In this document: positions 25,773 through 35,776 of the stretch, in pieces
Layout: the number at the start of each line of letters is the position of its first letter
Numbering within the stretch: the first letter of the stretch is position 1
NCBI GenBank assembly: GCA_019090765.1
Contig: JAHRVJ010000184.1
Location: forward strand, 1-41,033
Source of the DNA: Ilumatobacteraceae bacterium
GTDB taxonomy: Bacteria; Actinomycetota; Acidimicrobiia; Acidimicrobiales; Ilumatobacteraceae
Reading direction: 5' to 3'
Length of the DNA: 41,033 nucleotides
The notes under the pieces: generated by a model
Databases searched by the model: none
The model's input: the letters and a program-made list of their open reading frames with translations, nothing else
Told to the model about the DNA's origin: nothing
Translations under genes and position numbers: made by a program

Positions 25773-26948
25773 GTGGACCTGACAATCCCTGACTCGATGG
25801 CCGAATTGCGCGCCGAGTTGCGTGACTACTTCGCCAGACTCGTACCACCGGAGGTGGAAGCCGAGCTGGAGCTGGGTGAGTTGGGTGGTGACACGTTCCG
25901 CCGGATCTACCGCACCCTCGGCGAGGATGGCTGGCTCGGAATTGGATGGCCGAAAGAATTCGGAGGTCAGGGCCGCGGCTCGCTGGAGCAGTTCGTCTTC
26001 TTCGACGAGGCCGACAGGGCTGCCGTGCCAGTGCCCTTCCTGACGATCAAGAGCATCGGCCCGATGCTGATGGACCACGGAACACCTGCGCAACAAGCTG
26101 AGTACCTTCCCGCGATTCTGGAGGGCAAGATCCACTTCTCGATCGGGTACACCGAGCCCGACTCAGGGACCGACCTGGCCTCACTTCGGACCGCTGCGTA
26201 CCGTGACGGGGACGAATATGTCATCAGTGGTCAGAAGATCTTCACGAGCTACATCGGTGATGCCGATTACATCTGGCTAGCCGCACGGACTGGCGAGGGG
26301 GTCAAGAAGCACCACGGCATCTCGATCCTGATCGTGCCCCGCGATGCAGTCGGTTTGAGTGTCACGCCAATCGAGATCCTCCCGGGGACGAGAACCTACG
26401 CCACGTACTACGACGACGTCCGGGTGCCGGTCGGCAACCTCGTGGGCGAGGAAGGCAAGGGTTGGGGCCTGATCATGGGCCAGCTCAACTACGAACGGGT
26501 GGCGATGAGTACTCCGGGACGCGTCGAGCGATCGCTGCGTGACGTCACCATCTGGGCGCAACACACCGATGCCGCCGACGGTCGAAAGTTGATCGAACAC
26601 GACTGGGTCAAACACAAGCTGGCCCGCGTGCACGTGTTGCTGGAGTTGCTGCGATTCATGAACTGGCAAGTGGCCTGGCACGCCGGGGAAGGCTCTCTCA
26701 ACCCCGCTGACGCATCGGCGACGAAAGTCTTCGGTAGCGAGGCGTACAACGAGTCGTACCAGCTTCTGTTCGAGGTCACCGGAGCGCTTGGCGGTTTGCG
26801 CAGCGGGTCGGCCGGTGCCGTCGTCGATGGGCGTGTCGAGAACGAATACCGCATCCCGATTGTCATGACATTCGGTGGTGGGACAAACGAAGTCCAGCGG
26901 GACCTGATCAGTGGGTTCGGCCTCGGCTTACCCGTGTCGCGAACCTAG
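25773..26948 (+). CDS. acyl-CoA dehydrogenase (candidate catalytic alpha subunit)
   Basis: 391 aa, GTG start with GAGGAG SD. SIGYTEPDSGTDLASLRTAA signature and C-terminal TFGGGTNEVQRDLI. Confidence 0.87.
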   Translation: MDLTIPDSMAELRAELRDYFARLVPPEVEAELELGELGGDTFRRIYRTLGEDGWLGIGWPKEFGGQGRGSLEQFVFFDEADRAAVPVPFLTIKSIGPMLMDHGTPAQQAEYLPAILEGKIHFSIGYTEPDSGTDLASLRTAAYRDGDEYVISGQKIFTSYIGDADYIWLAARTGEGVKKHHGISILIVPRDAVGLSVTPIEILPGTRTYATYYDDVRVPVGNLVGEEGKGWGLIMGQLNYERVAMSTPGRVERSLRDVTIWAQHTDAADGRKLIEHDWVKHKLARVHVLLELLRFMNWQVAWHAGEGSLNPADASATKVFGSEAYNESYQLLFEVTGALGGLRSGSAGAVVDGRVENEYRIPIVMTFGGGTNEVQRDLISGFGLGLPVSRT

Positions 26949-26958
26949 GGAGGCAGAT

Positions 26959-28068
26959 ATGCGATTCGCAGAAACAGCCGAGCAAGATGAATTGCGAGCG
27001 ACTGTTCGACGGCTCTTCGATTCGGTCACCGTGCAGCCATTGTTGTCGGTCGGTGATCCGTGGGCAGGTGGGGAGCCAGATCTCGAAGCATGGTCTCCAC
27101 TCGCAGATATCGGCGTACTCTCTGCCGGGTCTACTAGCGGTCCGGCGCTCGCGGAACTGGTCATCGTGTTCGAGGAGCTCGGTCGCTCCTCGCTGCATCT
27201 TCCGTTGCTCACTTCGGTTGTGTGTGGCTCGATGCCGCTCCGGCAGTTCGGCGGGGTACAACATCGTGAGCTCGTCGCCGCTGTCGAGAATGGCGAGACC
27301 CGTCTCACATCGTCGGTGATCGGGCAGCCATTCCTGGACCGACCTCTCGAACTTGACCAGCAAGGATCATCACTGCGCCTCAGCGGCCAGGCGAACCTGG
27401 TCCTCGATGCTGCAGGATCAACGGCAATAGTCGCGCTCGGCACTGATGCAGACGCCAACGGATCCACGATGGTCGTCGCACCGCTCGCTGACACGACGAT
27501 CCAGGCCCAGAAAGGGACCGACGGCCTTGAACTGGGCCGAGTTGATTTCGCCGGCGTGGAGATCAGCGAGAACAACGTCGTCGGGCAGCGAGGGCAAGGT
27601 CAAGAAATTTGGGCATGGGTCCGTAACCGGGCGCGCCTTTGCCTGGCCGCGACAATGTTGGGTTCTTCAGTCGCGGCACTCGACCTCACCGCGAACTATG
27701 TACGTGAACGAGAACAATTCGGCAAACCCCTGGCTGCCTTCCAGGCAGTATCCCAGCGCGCTGCCGACTCCTATGTCGATGTCGAGGGAATGAAACTCGC
27801 CACCTGGAATGCGGTCACAGCGCTGGAGGCAGGTCGCGAAGCCGAGCGCTCCGCAACGATCGCAGCGTTCTGGGCGAGCGAGGCCGGGCAACGCGTCGCC
27901 CACTCGGCTCAACACCTCCATGGAGGGATTGGCGTCGACATCTCCTATCCGGTCCATCGCCATTTCTTGAATCTCAAGCAGAACGCGATGCTGCTCGGGC
28001 CGCCCAGTCTTCTCCTGGAGGAGATCGGCGAACTTCTCCCTGAATACCTCGCCGAATCGACTACCTGA
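26959..28068 (+). CDS. acyl-CoA dehydrogenase-fold protein, degenerate (candidate beta subunit)
   Basis: 369 aa from the ATG at 26959 (GGGAGG SD). ACAD C-domain (REQFGKPLAAFQAV, HLHGGIGVDISYP). I found no TEPxxGSD signature, and the C-terminal motif is replaced by MLLGPPSLLLEE. Confidence 0.75.
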   Translation: MRFAETAEQDELRATVRRLFDSVTVQPLLSVGDPWAGGEPDLEAWSPLADIGVLSAGSTSGPALAELVIVFEELGRSSLHLPLLTSVVCGSMPLRQFGGVQHRELVAAVENGETRLTSSVIGQPFLDRPLELDQQGSSLRLSGQANLVLDAAGSTAIVALGTDADANGSTMVVAPLADTTIQAQKGTDGLELGRVDFAGVEISENNVVGQRGQGQEIWAWVRNRARLCLAATMLGSSVAALDLTANYVREREQFGKPLAAFQAVSQRAADSYVDVEGMKLATWNAVTALEAGREAERSATIAAFWASEAGQRVAHSAQHLHGGIGVDISYPVHRHFLNLKQNAMLLGPPSLLLEEIGELLPEYLAESTT

Positions 28069-28084
28069 CGAAGGAGTACACAGC

Positions 28085-28840
28085 ATGGGACGACTGGACA
28101 ACAAGGTGGCCCTGATCACCGGTGGGGCACGCGGCCAGGGCGAAGCCGAATCGCGTCTGTTTGTGGCCGAGGGTGCAAGGGTGGTCATCACCGATGTCTT
28201 GGACGCCGAAGGTGAAAACCTCGCCCGAGAACTCGGCGAGATGGCAACATATGCCCGTCTCGATGTCACCGACGAGGACAACTGGGATCGCGTCATCAGC
28301 GATCTCGGCCCCGGCGGTCTGGACATCCTTGTCAACAATGCTGGCATCGCTCTGATGGCCAGCCTTCTCGACGCAACGCTGGACCACTACCGGAAGGTCA
28401 TCGAAGTCAACCAGGTCGGCACATGGTTGGGCATGCGCGCCGCGGGGCGAGCGATGCGTGACAGCGGCGGTGGATCGATCGTCAACATCTCCTCGATTGA
28501 CGGATTCCATGGGATGCCCGCCATGACCGCCTATGCGTCGAGCAAGTTCGCGGTGCGCGGCATGACAAAGGCAGCGGCATTGGATCTCGGATCACACGGT
28601 ATCCGGGTCAATTCGGTGCACCCTGGCCTAATCGACACACCGATGCTCGTAACCGGTGGCCAAGAGGTTCGGGAGTCACTTGGGAAACTGGCCGAAACGT
28701 TCCCAGTCGGCCGCCTCGGCACTGCCAAAGATGTCGCCCAGGTCGTGCTCTTCCTCGCCTCCGACGAGAGCGGCTACTGCACCGGCACTGAGTTCGTTGT
28801 CGACGGCGGGTTGATTGCCGGCGTCACGTTCGACACCTGA
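28085..28840 (+). CDS. short-chain dehydrogenase/reductase (hydroxysteroid/3-hydroxyacyl-CoA dehydrogenase-like)
   Basis: 251 aa. Cofactor motif TGGARGQG, NNAG, and catalytic YASSK. Confidence 0.88.
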   Translation: MGRLDNKVALITGGARGQGEAESRLFVAEGARVVITDVLDAEGENLARELGEMATYARLDVTDEDNWDRVISDLGPGGLDILVNNAGIALMASLLDATLDHYRKVIEVNQVGTWLGMRAAGRAMRDSGGGSIVNISSIDGFHGMPAMTAYASSKFAVRGMTKAAALDLGSHGIRVNSVHPGLIDTPMLVTGGQEVRESLGKLAETFPVGRLGTAKDVAQVVLFLASDESGYCTGTEFVVDGGLIAGVTFDT

Positions 28841-28867
28841 TCAAGTTGGTGTGACGACCCTGGATGT

Positions 28868-30100
28868 TCAGGTCCGGCACTGTTCGATTACGTCAACGAC
28901 ATCGGCCGGGGGAGCTGGACGCTTCGGTGGTTGCCCGTCGGCGCCGGGCAACAGTACGGTCGCACCACCGGATGCAGTCACAAGGTCGTCCTGATTCGAG
29001 GCTGTAAGCGTGATCCCCACGGAGCCTGGCTCAGATTCACCAACCTCGGCGACCGAACCCCGGACCCAGGTGGCATCACCGACATAGTTGAAGCTGTCGA
29101 TCCGGTCCTCCAACTTCCACAGCCATGCGTCATCGCCCATCCACGAAGTCACCGTGTGCGCAAACCAACAGGTTCTCAAGAATCCGTAGTCGTACGCTCT
29201 AGCAGTGCCGACCTTCCCGGCGAAGGATGCGTCCCAATGGCCGCGCTGAGACGTGTCCGGAACCCCGTTCGGGTCGCGCGGCCAGAGATGGGGGCGAGCA
29301 CGGCGATGTTTCCAGCTAAGTCGCGACGAGAAGGTGCCCTGACCGCTCCAGCCCCAACCGATATGGAAGGAGATCAGATCGGTCACCGTGAGTGGCCCCT
29401 TGACCAGGGTGTCGATCGTGTCGCCGACAGCGACATCGCCCGCCGCTCGGGGCAGCCCGCCACGAGTTTGCTGCGTGGCATACTCCGCATCGATCGCCGC
29501 GATCTCCTCTTTCGACCAGGAATGAGCCTCAGCGCGCTGATTCTCTCCACCGGAACGACGCGATGACGACCGGTCCGTGTTGATGTACCACGTTCGGTAG
29601 GTCGCGAGAGCAGCATCAGCGGCTGGAATATCCGGATCGTCCAACCACCAGACCTGTCGATGATGAACGATCACGCTACGACCACCGCCGAAAGAGCTCG
29701 TCTTGTCTTCGACCTCGGAGACGACGTTGGCCGTCAGCACACGATGACCTTCGGTCAACGGCCGGTGGAATTCCCATTTGCCGCCACCCTGAAATGCCTG
29801 GACCCCCGCGAGCGCACCCGCGGAATCGCGGCGGACGTCGTCGGGCGGTGGCGGACCCACCGGTTGACCCATTGTGGCGATAAATGTCGGTGGAGCGATG
29901 CATCGTCCGTAGCTGCCCGAGGCCGCATATAACGGGTCGCACCACAGCGGATTGTCATCACCGTAACCATTGGCGAAGTGACGAAAACCGTCAGTGGTCG
30001 AGACCAGGTTGAAGGGGTACTTTCCGGTCAGCTGTGATGTCGCCGTGAAGCCGATACGTCGTCGAAGCTGTGCCACCGAATCGTCATTGATTGCTGTCAT
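28868..30100 (-). CDS. fused double-hotdog (MaoC_N plus MaoC-like) acyl dehydratase/hydratase
   Basis: 410 aa. N-terminal FANGYGDDNPLWCDPLYA (MaoC_dehydrat_N type) and a second hotdog-like half (YDYGFLRTCWFAHTVTSWMGDD...GDATWVRGSV). Its start overlaps the TetR gene end by 17 nt. Confidence 0.65.
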   Translation of the reverse strand: MTAINDDSVAQLRRRIGFTATSQLTGKYPFNLVSTTDGFRHFANGYGDDNPLWCDPLYAASGSYGRCIAPPTFIATMGQPVGPPPPDDVRRDSAGALAGVQAFQGGGKWEFHRPLTEGHRVLTANVVSEVEDKTSSFGGGRSVIVHHRQVWWLDDPDIPAADAALATYRTWYINTDRSSSRRSGGENQRAEAHSWSKEEIAAIDAEYATQQTRGGLPRAAGDVAVGDTIDTLVKGPLTVTDLISFHIGWGWSGQGTFSSRLSWKHRRARPHLWPRDPNGVPDTSQRGHWDASFAGKVGTARAYDYGFLRTCWFAHTVTSWMGDDAWLWKLEDRIDSFNYVGDATWVRGSVAEVGESEPGSVGITLTASNQDDLVTASGGATVLLPGADGQPPKRPAPPADVVDVIEQCRT

Positions 30101-30728
30101 GAGGCCGGTCCTCTCCGTTGAGGATTGCTGGCACGATGAACATCATCAGGTACTCCCGAAGTTCGGCGTCGCTTCGATTGCCGCTTCCCATGATCAGTAG
30201 CGACATCATCTGACGAATCAGGAACTCGATCGCCCAGTCGATTCTGGCACCTGGGCGCAGGTAGCCCTCGGCTTCGGCCTCGCCCAGAAAAGGACCGAAT
30301 AACTGTTGTGCCGCGGCGAGCACCGCTTCCGAATTCGCCGCCAGCGACGAGGTGCGGCCCGCGGTATCGGTGGATAAGAGCATTCTCAGCTTGGCATCTT
30401 CAGGAACGCGACGAACGATCGTCAAGATCACCTCGACGAGTTTGTCGTCCAAGCGTTCGATTCCTTCGAGGATCTCGTGAAGTTCGTCACTCAGATGAGC
30501 TGTCTCGCGCAACAACACAGCGAGTGTCAGTTCGTCACGACCGCCCGGGAAATAGCGATACACCGTCGGCCGGGACACCTGTGCTTGGAGAGCGATGTCG
30601 CCGACCGTGGCCTTGTGAACGCCGAATTTTTCGAAACACACTTCGGTCGCGCGGATCAGCCGCTTGCGAGCTTCCTCAAAGGAGCTGGGAGCATCGTGGC
30701 CCCAGCGTGTGTGGGGTTCATCCGCCAT
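30084..30728 (-). CDS. TetR-family transcriptional regulator
   Basis: 214 aa. HTH region RKRLIRATEVCFEKFGVHKATVGDIALQAQVSRPTVYRYFPGGRDEL. Its ATG overlaps the stop of the fused ABC gene (ATGA). Confidence 0.88.
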   Translation of the reverse strand: MADEPHTRWGHDAPSSFEEARKRLIRATEVCFEKFGVHKATVGDIALQAQVSRPTVYRYFPGGRDELTLAVLLRETAHLSDELHEILEGIERLDDKLVEVILTIVRRVPEDAKLRMLLSTDTAGRTSSLAANSEAVLAAAQQLFGPFLGEAEAEGYLRPGARIDWAIEFLIRQMMSLLIMGSGNRSDAELREYLMMFIVPAILNGEDRPHDSNQ

Positions 30729-33421
30729 CAGATCGTACGTCCCGAAGCGCTCTCACCGAAGTAGAGATCCGTAATGATCTGCGAATCGAAGTGTTCGACG
30801 GGGCCTGCGGCAAGGACACGCCCGAGGTCCATGACAACAATGTGATCGGCAATCTCCAGGAGATTGGCAGCCTGTTCAGCGACCAACACAATCGTCGTCC
30901 CGCCGTCGCGCAACTCTGCCATCAGTTCGAACAACGATTCGGTGATCCGCGGCGCCAGGCCGAGCGTCGGTTCGTCTGAAATGAGTAGCTGTGGAGGCCG
31001 GATAAGGAGGGGAGCCATCGTGAGAATCTGCTGCTCGCCACCTGACAGCAGGTTCGCCATCAGCTTCCTCCGTGGAGCCAATGCCGGAAAACGCTGCATC
31101 ACCAGTTCGCGATCCCCGGGATCAGAGAGCCACACTGCGAGGTTCTCCTCGACGGTGAGTCCAGGGAAGATGCCACGGCTCTCGGGGGCCAACACCAGCC
31201 CGATCGAGGCACGCTTGTCAGCGGGCAGCTGCGAGATGTCGACACCGTCGAACTCTACGCTGCCCGCCGTTGACGGCAGCAATCCCGCCATGACTGAGCA
31301 AAGAGTCGACTTGCCAGCGCCATTGGGCCCGACGATGGCCAGTATCCCCCCGCGAGGTACCGAAAAGTCGATGCCGTGTAGGACCTCGACACCTCCGTAA
31401 CCAGCGACGATTCCCTCCAGTCGGCAGATCCCCTGCGATCCATCGTCGATCGATACCTCAGGGCTCGGGGTGGAGGGCGGCTGTTCGTGTTCCAAATAAT
31501 GTTCACGATCAGCCGGCGTCCGGCGACGCCGCTTGAACGTCGACACTGACAGCAGCCCATAGGGATACCGCACTACGGCAACTGCACCGAGACCGAAGAG
31601 GACTTGTGGCCACAAGGTCGAGTCGGTGAACCACCCGACGACACTTGGCAAGAACACAAATGCAAGACCTGCGGCAAAGGCACCACCGACTCGCTGAATG
31701 CCGAAAACGGCGACCACGGCGACCCAGACAAGACCCAATGGGGTGCTGAAGTCTGTGCTCGAGATTCGCATGTTCGTCGACGCCATCAGGGCGCCACCGA
31801 ACCCGGCCACCATCGCCGACACACTGAACATGGTCAGCTTGGCCCTGACCGGCGACACACCCACTGAGGCGGCGGCAACCTCTGAGGAACGCACCGCCCC
31901 CATCGCTCGGCCTGTCGGTGATTTGATGATATTCGTAACGAACAGCGCGAGCAGGCCGAAAATCGCAAGCAACACGATTGCGTATGCGCGATCGCTATCT
32001 AGCGAGATCGGGCCGAGGCTGGGCCGGGGCAACTCTCTTCCGCTCGAGCCCCCCGTTACCGCCTCGATACGAAACACCACTCGGTCAGCCATGAAACCCA
32101 TCGCCAAGGTCGCGAGCGCGAGTGACAGGCCGCCGAGACGCAAGGACGGAATGGCAACCAGCAGGCCCGCAAGCATCGCCACGACGGCACCAACTGCGGC
32201 TGCGAGGAAGAAGGGCCAGCCGTGGCTGGTGAGGATTGCTGCCGTTACAGCGCCCGACATCGCAAAGGCCGCTTGGGCCAGAGAGACCATCGACCCGATG
32301 CCCGTCACGATGACAAACGACAGGAATATCACCGCCATGGCCATTGACTTGGCTGCCAGACTGGCTTGGAATTCGTCGACGAGGAATACCCAACCAATGA
32401 AGGCCACTGCGCACAGTGCCCACGGGAGCCGGCGGCGCCAGGCCACGACATCACCCGAAACATCGGGTGCAGCGGTTTCTTCGATTGTGGTGCCGGCGCG
32501 CCGAGAGCGATCTCGGCCGAGCAGTAGTAGGCCGCCGAGCAGCAGCACGAATGGCACGGCGGAGCGCAACCCCGGCAGCAGTTGTGGCGATACTTCGACG
32601 TACCCTGAGACCAGGCTCTGTACGACTCCGAGGGCAACACCCGCGGCCATCGCGATGGGGATCGACTGGAGCCGGCCGATGACCGCTGCGGCCGTGGCAA
32701 CAAACATCAAGAAGGTGAAGACCGTCGGCTCGAGGTTGAACAAGGGGGCGATCAAGACGCCCGCCAAACCGGCGATAGTTGTGGAGGTGACAGTCGAGAT
32801 ACGTGAAGTTCTCACCGTGTCGATCCCACGAGCCGAAGCGAGGTCAGTCCGGTCGACCGTCGCCCGGATCGACAGGCCGAGCCGAGTATGGCGGATGATT
32901 AACCAGAGGCCTGCAGCCACGATGACCGCGGCGACGAACACGGCAAGTTGATTTGAGTCGAGTACGACGCCGTCGGCGATCTGCCAGCGCGCTGGCGGCG
33001 CTGGCCCCAAGCCCGGTGGCAGGAAGACCTGCTGATCGCTGGCGAGGTCCACGCCGGCAGTGACTGTCAGCCACGACCCGATCAGTAATATCAGCGGTGG
33101 CAGGGCAACGGCAAGACCGATGGTTGCAACAATCCGCACGACCTCGTTGCGGCGAGTTAGAGCCCTGAAAATGATGGTGTCGAGCAGCAGCCCCAAGAGT
33201 GGAGCGAAAACGCCGATCGTCAGCAGAGCCGAGGGGACGATCGCGAGACCAAGACCGCTGTTGAGTTGAAAGAAAACGTAGGCACTGCAGAAGGCGATCG
33301 CGCCGTACGCGAAGTTGAAGACCTTGGTCGTCGTATACGTGAGCACCAACCCGCTGGCAAACAGACCATATATTCCTCCAAAGATGCCGCCGCTGAGCGC
33401 CAGGCTTAGAAACTTGCTCAC
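30728..33421 (-). CDS. fused branched-chain-type ABC transporter: LivH-like permease, LivM-like permease and LivF-like ATPase in one polypeptide
   Basis: 897-aa uninterrupted ORF. The N-terminal roughly 300 aa are a hydrophobic LivH-like domain. The middle is a LivM-like domain (LVDEFQASLAAKSMAMAVIFLSFVIVTGIGSMVSLAQAAF). The C-terminal ATPase has GPNGAGKST, LSGGEQQIL and LLISDEPTLGL. Confidence 0.85.
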   Translation of the reverse strand: MSKFLSLALSGGIFGGIYGLFASGLVLTYTTTKVFNFAYGAIAFCSAYVFFQLNSGLGLAIVPSALLTIGVFAPLLGLLLDTIIFRALTRRNEVVRIVATIGLAVALPPLILLIGSWLTVTAGVDLASDQQVFLPPGLGPAPPARWQIADGVVLDSNQLAVFVAAVIVAAGLWLIIRHTRLGLSIRATVDRTDLASARGIDTVRTSRISTVTSTTIAGLAGVLIAPLFNLEPTVFTFLMFVATAAAVIGRLQSIPIAMAAGVALGVVQSLVSGYVEVSPQLLPGLRSAVPFVLLLGGLLLLGRDRSRRAGTTIEETAAPDVSGDVVAWRRRLPWALCAVAFIGWVFLVDEFQASLAAKSMAMAVIFLSFVIVTGIGSMVSLAQAAFAMSGAVTAAILTSHGWPFFLAAAVGAVVAMLAGLLVAIPSLRLGGLSLALATLAMGFMADRVVFRIEAVTGGSSGRELPRPSLGPISLDSDRAYAIVLLAIFGLLALFVTNIIKSPTGRAMGAVRSSEVAAASVGVSPVRAKLTMFSVSAMVAGFGGALMASTNMRISSTDFSTPLGLVWVAVVAVFGIQRVGGAFAAGLAFVFLPSVVGWFTDSTLWPQVLFGLGAVAVVRYPYGLLSVSTFKRRRRTPADREHYLEHEQPPSTPSPEVSIDDGSQGICRLEGIVAGYGGVEVLHGIDFSVPRGGILAIVGPNGAGKSTLCSVMAGLLPSTAGSVEFDGVDISQLPADKRASIGLVLAPESRGIFPGLTVEENLAVWLSDPGDRELVMQRFPALAPRRKLMANLLSGGEQQILTMAPLLIRPPQLLISDEPTLGLAPRITESLFELMAELRDGGTTIVLVAEQAANLLEIADHIVVMDLGRVLAAGPVEHFDSQIITDLYFGESASGRTI

Positions 33422-34215
33422 GTCGTAGCGCCCGTACCCAGGTATGCATCGTGAACGGCGGTACTGGCGATCACGTCGCTGGCAGGTCCGTCGGCAAGTA
33501 CTTCGCCGAGGTTGAGCGCGGTCAGTGAATCACTCAAAGACATGATGAAGGCGATGTCGTGCTCCACAAGTAGGACGCCACACTTTTCTCCAGCGGCGAC
33601 CATCCGGACTATCTGCGCCAGCCTTTCTGTCTCGACCTCGTCAAGCCCTGATGTCGGCTCGTCAAGCAGGAGGAGTCTCGGTTCATCGACGATCGCGCGA
33701 CCCAATTCAACCATCCGGGCTCGGCCGATTGGCAACGCCGCGGCCAGGATCGAGGCGACATCTTCGAGTTCGCACATCGCCAACACTTCGTCTACCCGGC
33801 GCTGTCGCTCCACCTCCAGTTGTTGCCTGGACGGGACCCGCTTGAGTACGTCGGCAAGAACGCCACCCCCGCCTCCCCGCCATTCGATGGCAGTCAGCAG
33901 ATTGTCCCGAACACTCAGATGGCCAAATACCTGGGCGCGTTGAAAAGTTCTTCGGACACCGAGTCGCGCCCGAGCCGTTGGCGAGCTTCGCGTGATCACG
34001 TCGCTACCGAGCGAAATCTTGCCGGTATCGGCCCGAACGACACCGGCGATCACGTCAAACAACGTGGTCTTACCGGCACCGTTGGGCCCGATGACTCCGT
34101 GGATTTCCCCAGGCGAGACCTGCACCCTCACGTCGCGCAGGGCTTGAACGCCGCCGAAGCTGACGCTCAGGTTTTCGACCGACAGTCCATTGCTGTCGCT
34201 GACTGGGGGGTTCAC
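33418..34215 (-). CDS. ABC transporter ATP-binding protein (LivG-like)
   Basis: 265 aa. Walker A GPNGAGKTT and Walker B LLLLDEPTSGLD. GTGA overlaps at both ends (with the SBP stop and the fused permease start). Confidence 0.88.
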   Translation of the reverse strand: MNPPVSDSNGLSVENLSVSFGGVQALRDVRVQVSPGEIHGVIGPNGAGKTTLFDVIAGVVRADTGKISLGSDVITRSSPTARARLGVRRTFQRAQVFGHLSVRDNLLTAIEWRGGGGGVLADVLKRVPSRQQLEVERQRRVDEVLAMCELEDVASILAAALPIGRARMVELGRAIVDEPRLLLLDEPTSGLDEVETERLAQIVRMVAAGEKCGVLLVEHDIAFIMSLSDSLTALNLGEVLADGPASDVIASTAVHDAYLGTGATT

Positions 34216-35666
34216 CGGATGCAGGTCAACTCAACCGCCTCAACGAAGACGCTGTCAACGACTCCGGCCAGCGCACCACATTCCCTGGGAAACGAATGGG
34301 CTTCCGGGAAGGTGAGAGCCGCAAGAGCCCCTCCGCCATCGAAGACAGTCGAGTTCGCTGCTTCGTAGAATGCTTCGTAGGTCAGGTCGGTTCCAACGGC
34401 CTCCAGGATCTGGCTGAACAGCATCGCCGAGAAGTATCCCGATGCAAGTGGCTGGGTCAGTACGGTTCCCTCGGGAGCAAACTCAGCGACGTCGGCCTTG
34501 AGCTGGGCAATTCCCGGGTTGTCTTCGGACTGGAAAGTGGCGAACCCGACATAGGCAGTTGCGCCCTCGACCGCTTGCGCCGCCGACTCGACCGCCAGGA
34601 CGCGCGGATCGTAGATCGCCGGTGTCGTGACTTTGCCCTCGAATCCGGACGCTTGTAAACGGCCAGCCAACTGGATAGCAGTGGAAGCACCGGAGACGAT
34701 GAACACGACGTCGGGGTTGGCCTCGATAATTCTCTGGGCAAATGGTGTGTAGTCGGTACCGGGATCGATCGGGATTCCGGTGTCAACCAGGACTTCTTCC
34801 AATCCGAGTTCATCGAGGGACCTGAGGTATCGGTCGACGCCAGCACGGGCCGCTTCGGTGTCCTCAGCGGAGAATGCGACCGTCTTCGCATCTGGGTACA
34901 GCTCTGCAATCAGGCCCGGCCATGCGTATGCCGGGTGATCATCGACCTTTGGATTACCGCATCCGTTGAAGCTGAATCCCTCCGGGGTGTCGCAGAACGC
35001 CTCGTGGAATCCCCAACCGAAGTACGGGATTCCGACATCCTGAAGAACCGATGACCCGGCAAAGAAACTGGATACGACTGGCACGACAGCGAACACCTCT
35101 TCCTCTTCGACGAGGCTTCGGGCCTGGGTAATGTTCTGTTCGTTGTTCTCTCCGTCGTCCTTGACTCCGATGAAGTCGATCTGTCGGCCAGCTATACCAC
35201 CGTTGGCGTTGACACTGTCAAAGTAGACCTGGGCGCCGACATCGACTCCTGTGAACGTGGCCAGCCGTGGGCTCGTTAGCGTTGACAAGCCACCGACTTT
35301 CACCGACGTGTCGGTTACTCCTTGAAGCTCCGGTGGATTGGCCTCGAGGTCGAACGCCAATTCGACGATCGGTTCTGGCGGCTCCACGCTGTCAACGGGG
35401 GGATTCACTGTCTCTGCGGGCGGCGCGGCGCTGTCTGTAGGCGGTGCTTCTGTACCGCTGGCTGCCGTTCCATCGGGCGATGCTGTGGCGTCGCTGGTTA
35501 CTGGGTCAGTCTCGACCGTACTGTCATCGCTGTCGCTGCTACAGGCCGCTACGACAATCATCGCGCCTGCGGCCAACGCGGCGATACGCATCTTGCCACT
35601 TCTGGAATGCGCGCGTTGTCGTCCACGTGCCTTCGAGTCGTTGGAATCCACTCGCTGCTTGGTCAT
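34212..35666 (-). CDS. Liv-type (type I periplasmic-binding fold) ABC substrate-binding lipoprotein with a long low-complexity linker
   Basis: 484 aa. GGAGG SD before the ATG at 35666. Signal peptide with lipobox (AGAMIVVAAC, Cys42), followed by about 60 aa rich in Asp/Ser/Thr/Pro (coordinates about 35367..35540). Confidence 0.82.
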   Translation of the reverse strand: MTKQRVDSNDSKARGRQRAHSRSGKMRIAALAAGAMIVVAACSSDSDDSTVETDPVTSDATASPDGTAASGTEAPPTDSAAPPAETVNPPVDSVEPPEPIVELAFDLEANPPELQGVTDTSVKVGGLSTLTSPRLATFTGVDVGAQVYFDSVNANGGIAGRQIDFIGVKDDGENNEQNITQARSLVEEEEVFAVVPVVSSFFAGSSVLQDVGIPYFGWGFHEAFCDTPEGFSFNGCGNPKVDDHPAYAWPGLIAELYPDAKTVAFSAEDTEAARAGVDRYLRSLDELGLEEVLVDTGIPIDPGTDYTPFAQRIIEANPDVVFIVSGASTAIQLAGRLQASGFEGKVTTPAIYDPRVLAVESAAQAVEGATAYVGFATFQSEDNPGIAQLKADVAEFAPEGTVLTQPLASGYFSAMLFSQILEAVGTDLTYEAFYEAANSTVFDGGGALAALTFPEAHSFPRECGALAGVVDSVFVEAVELTCIR

Positions 35667-35776
35667 GAAAGCCTCCCCTTGCGTCCTGCGAACGCTCTAG
35701 TTGACAAAGGGGGTTCAAATGCCGTTCGCACACAGGCGCGATCGTCGCACCCATATTTGGTAGCTCCCCCTACGAT

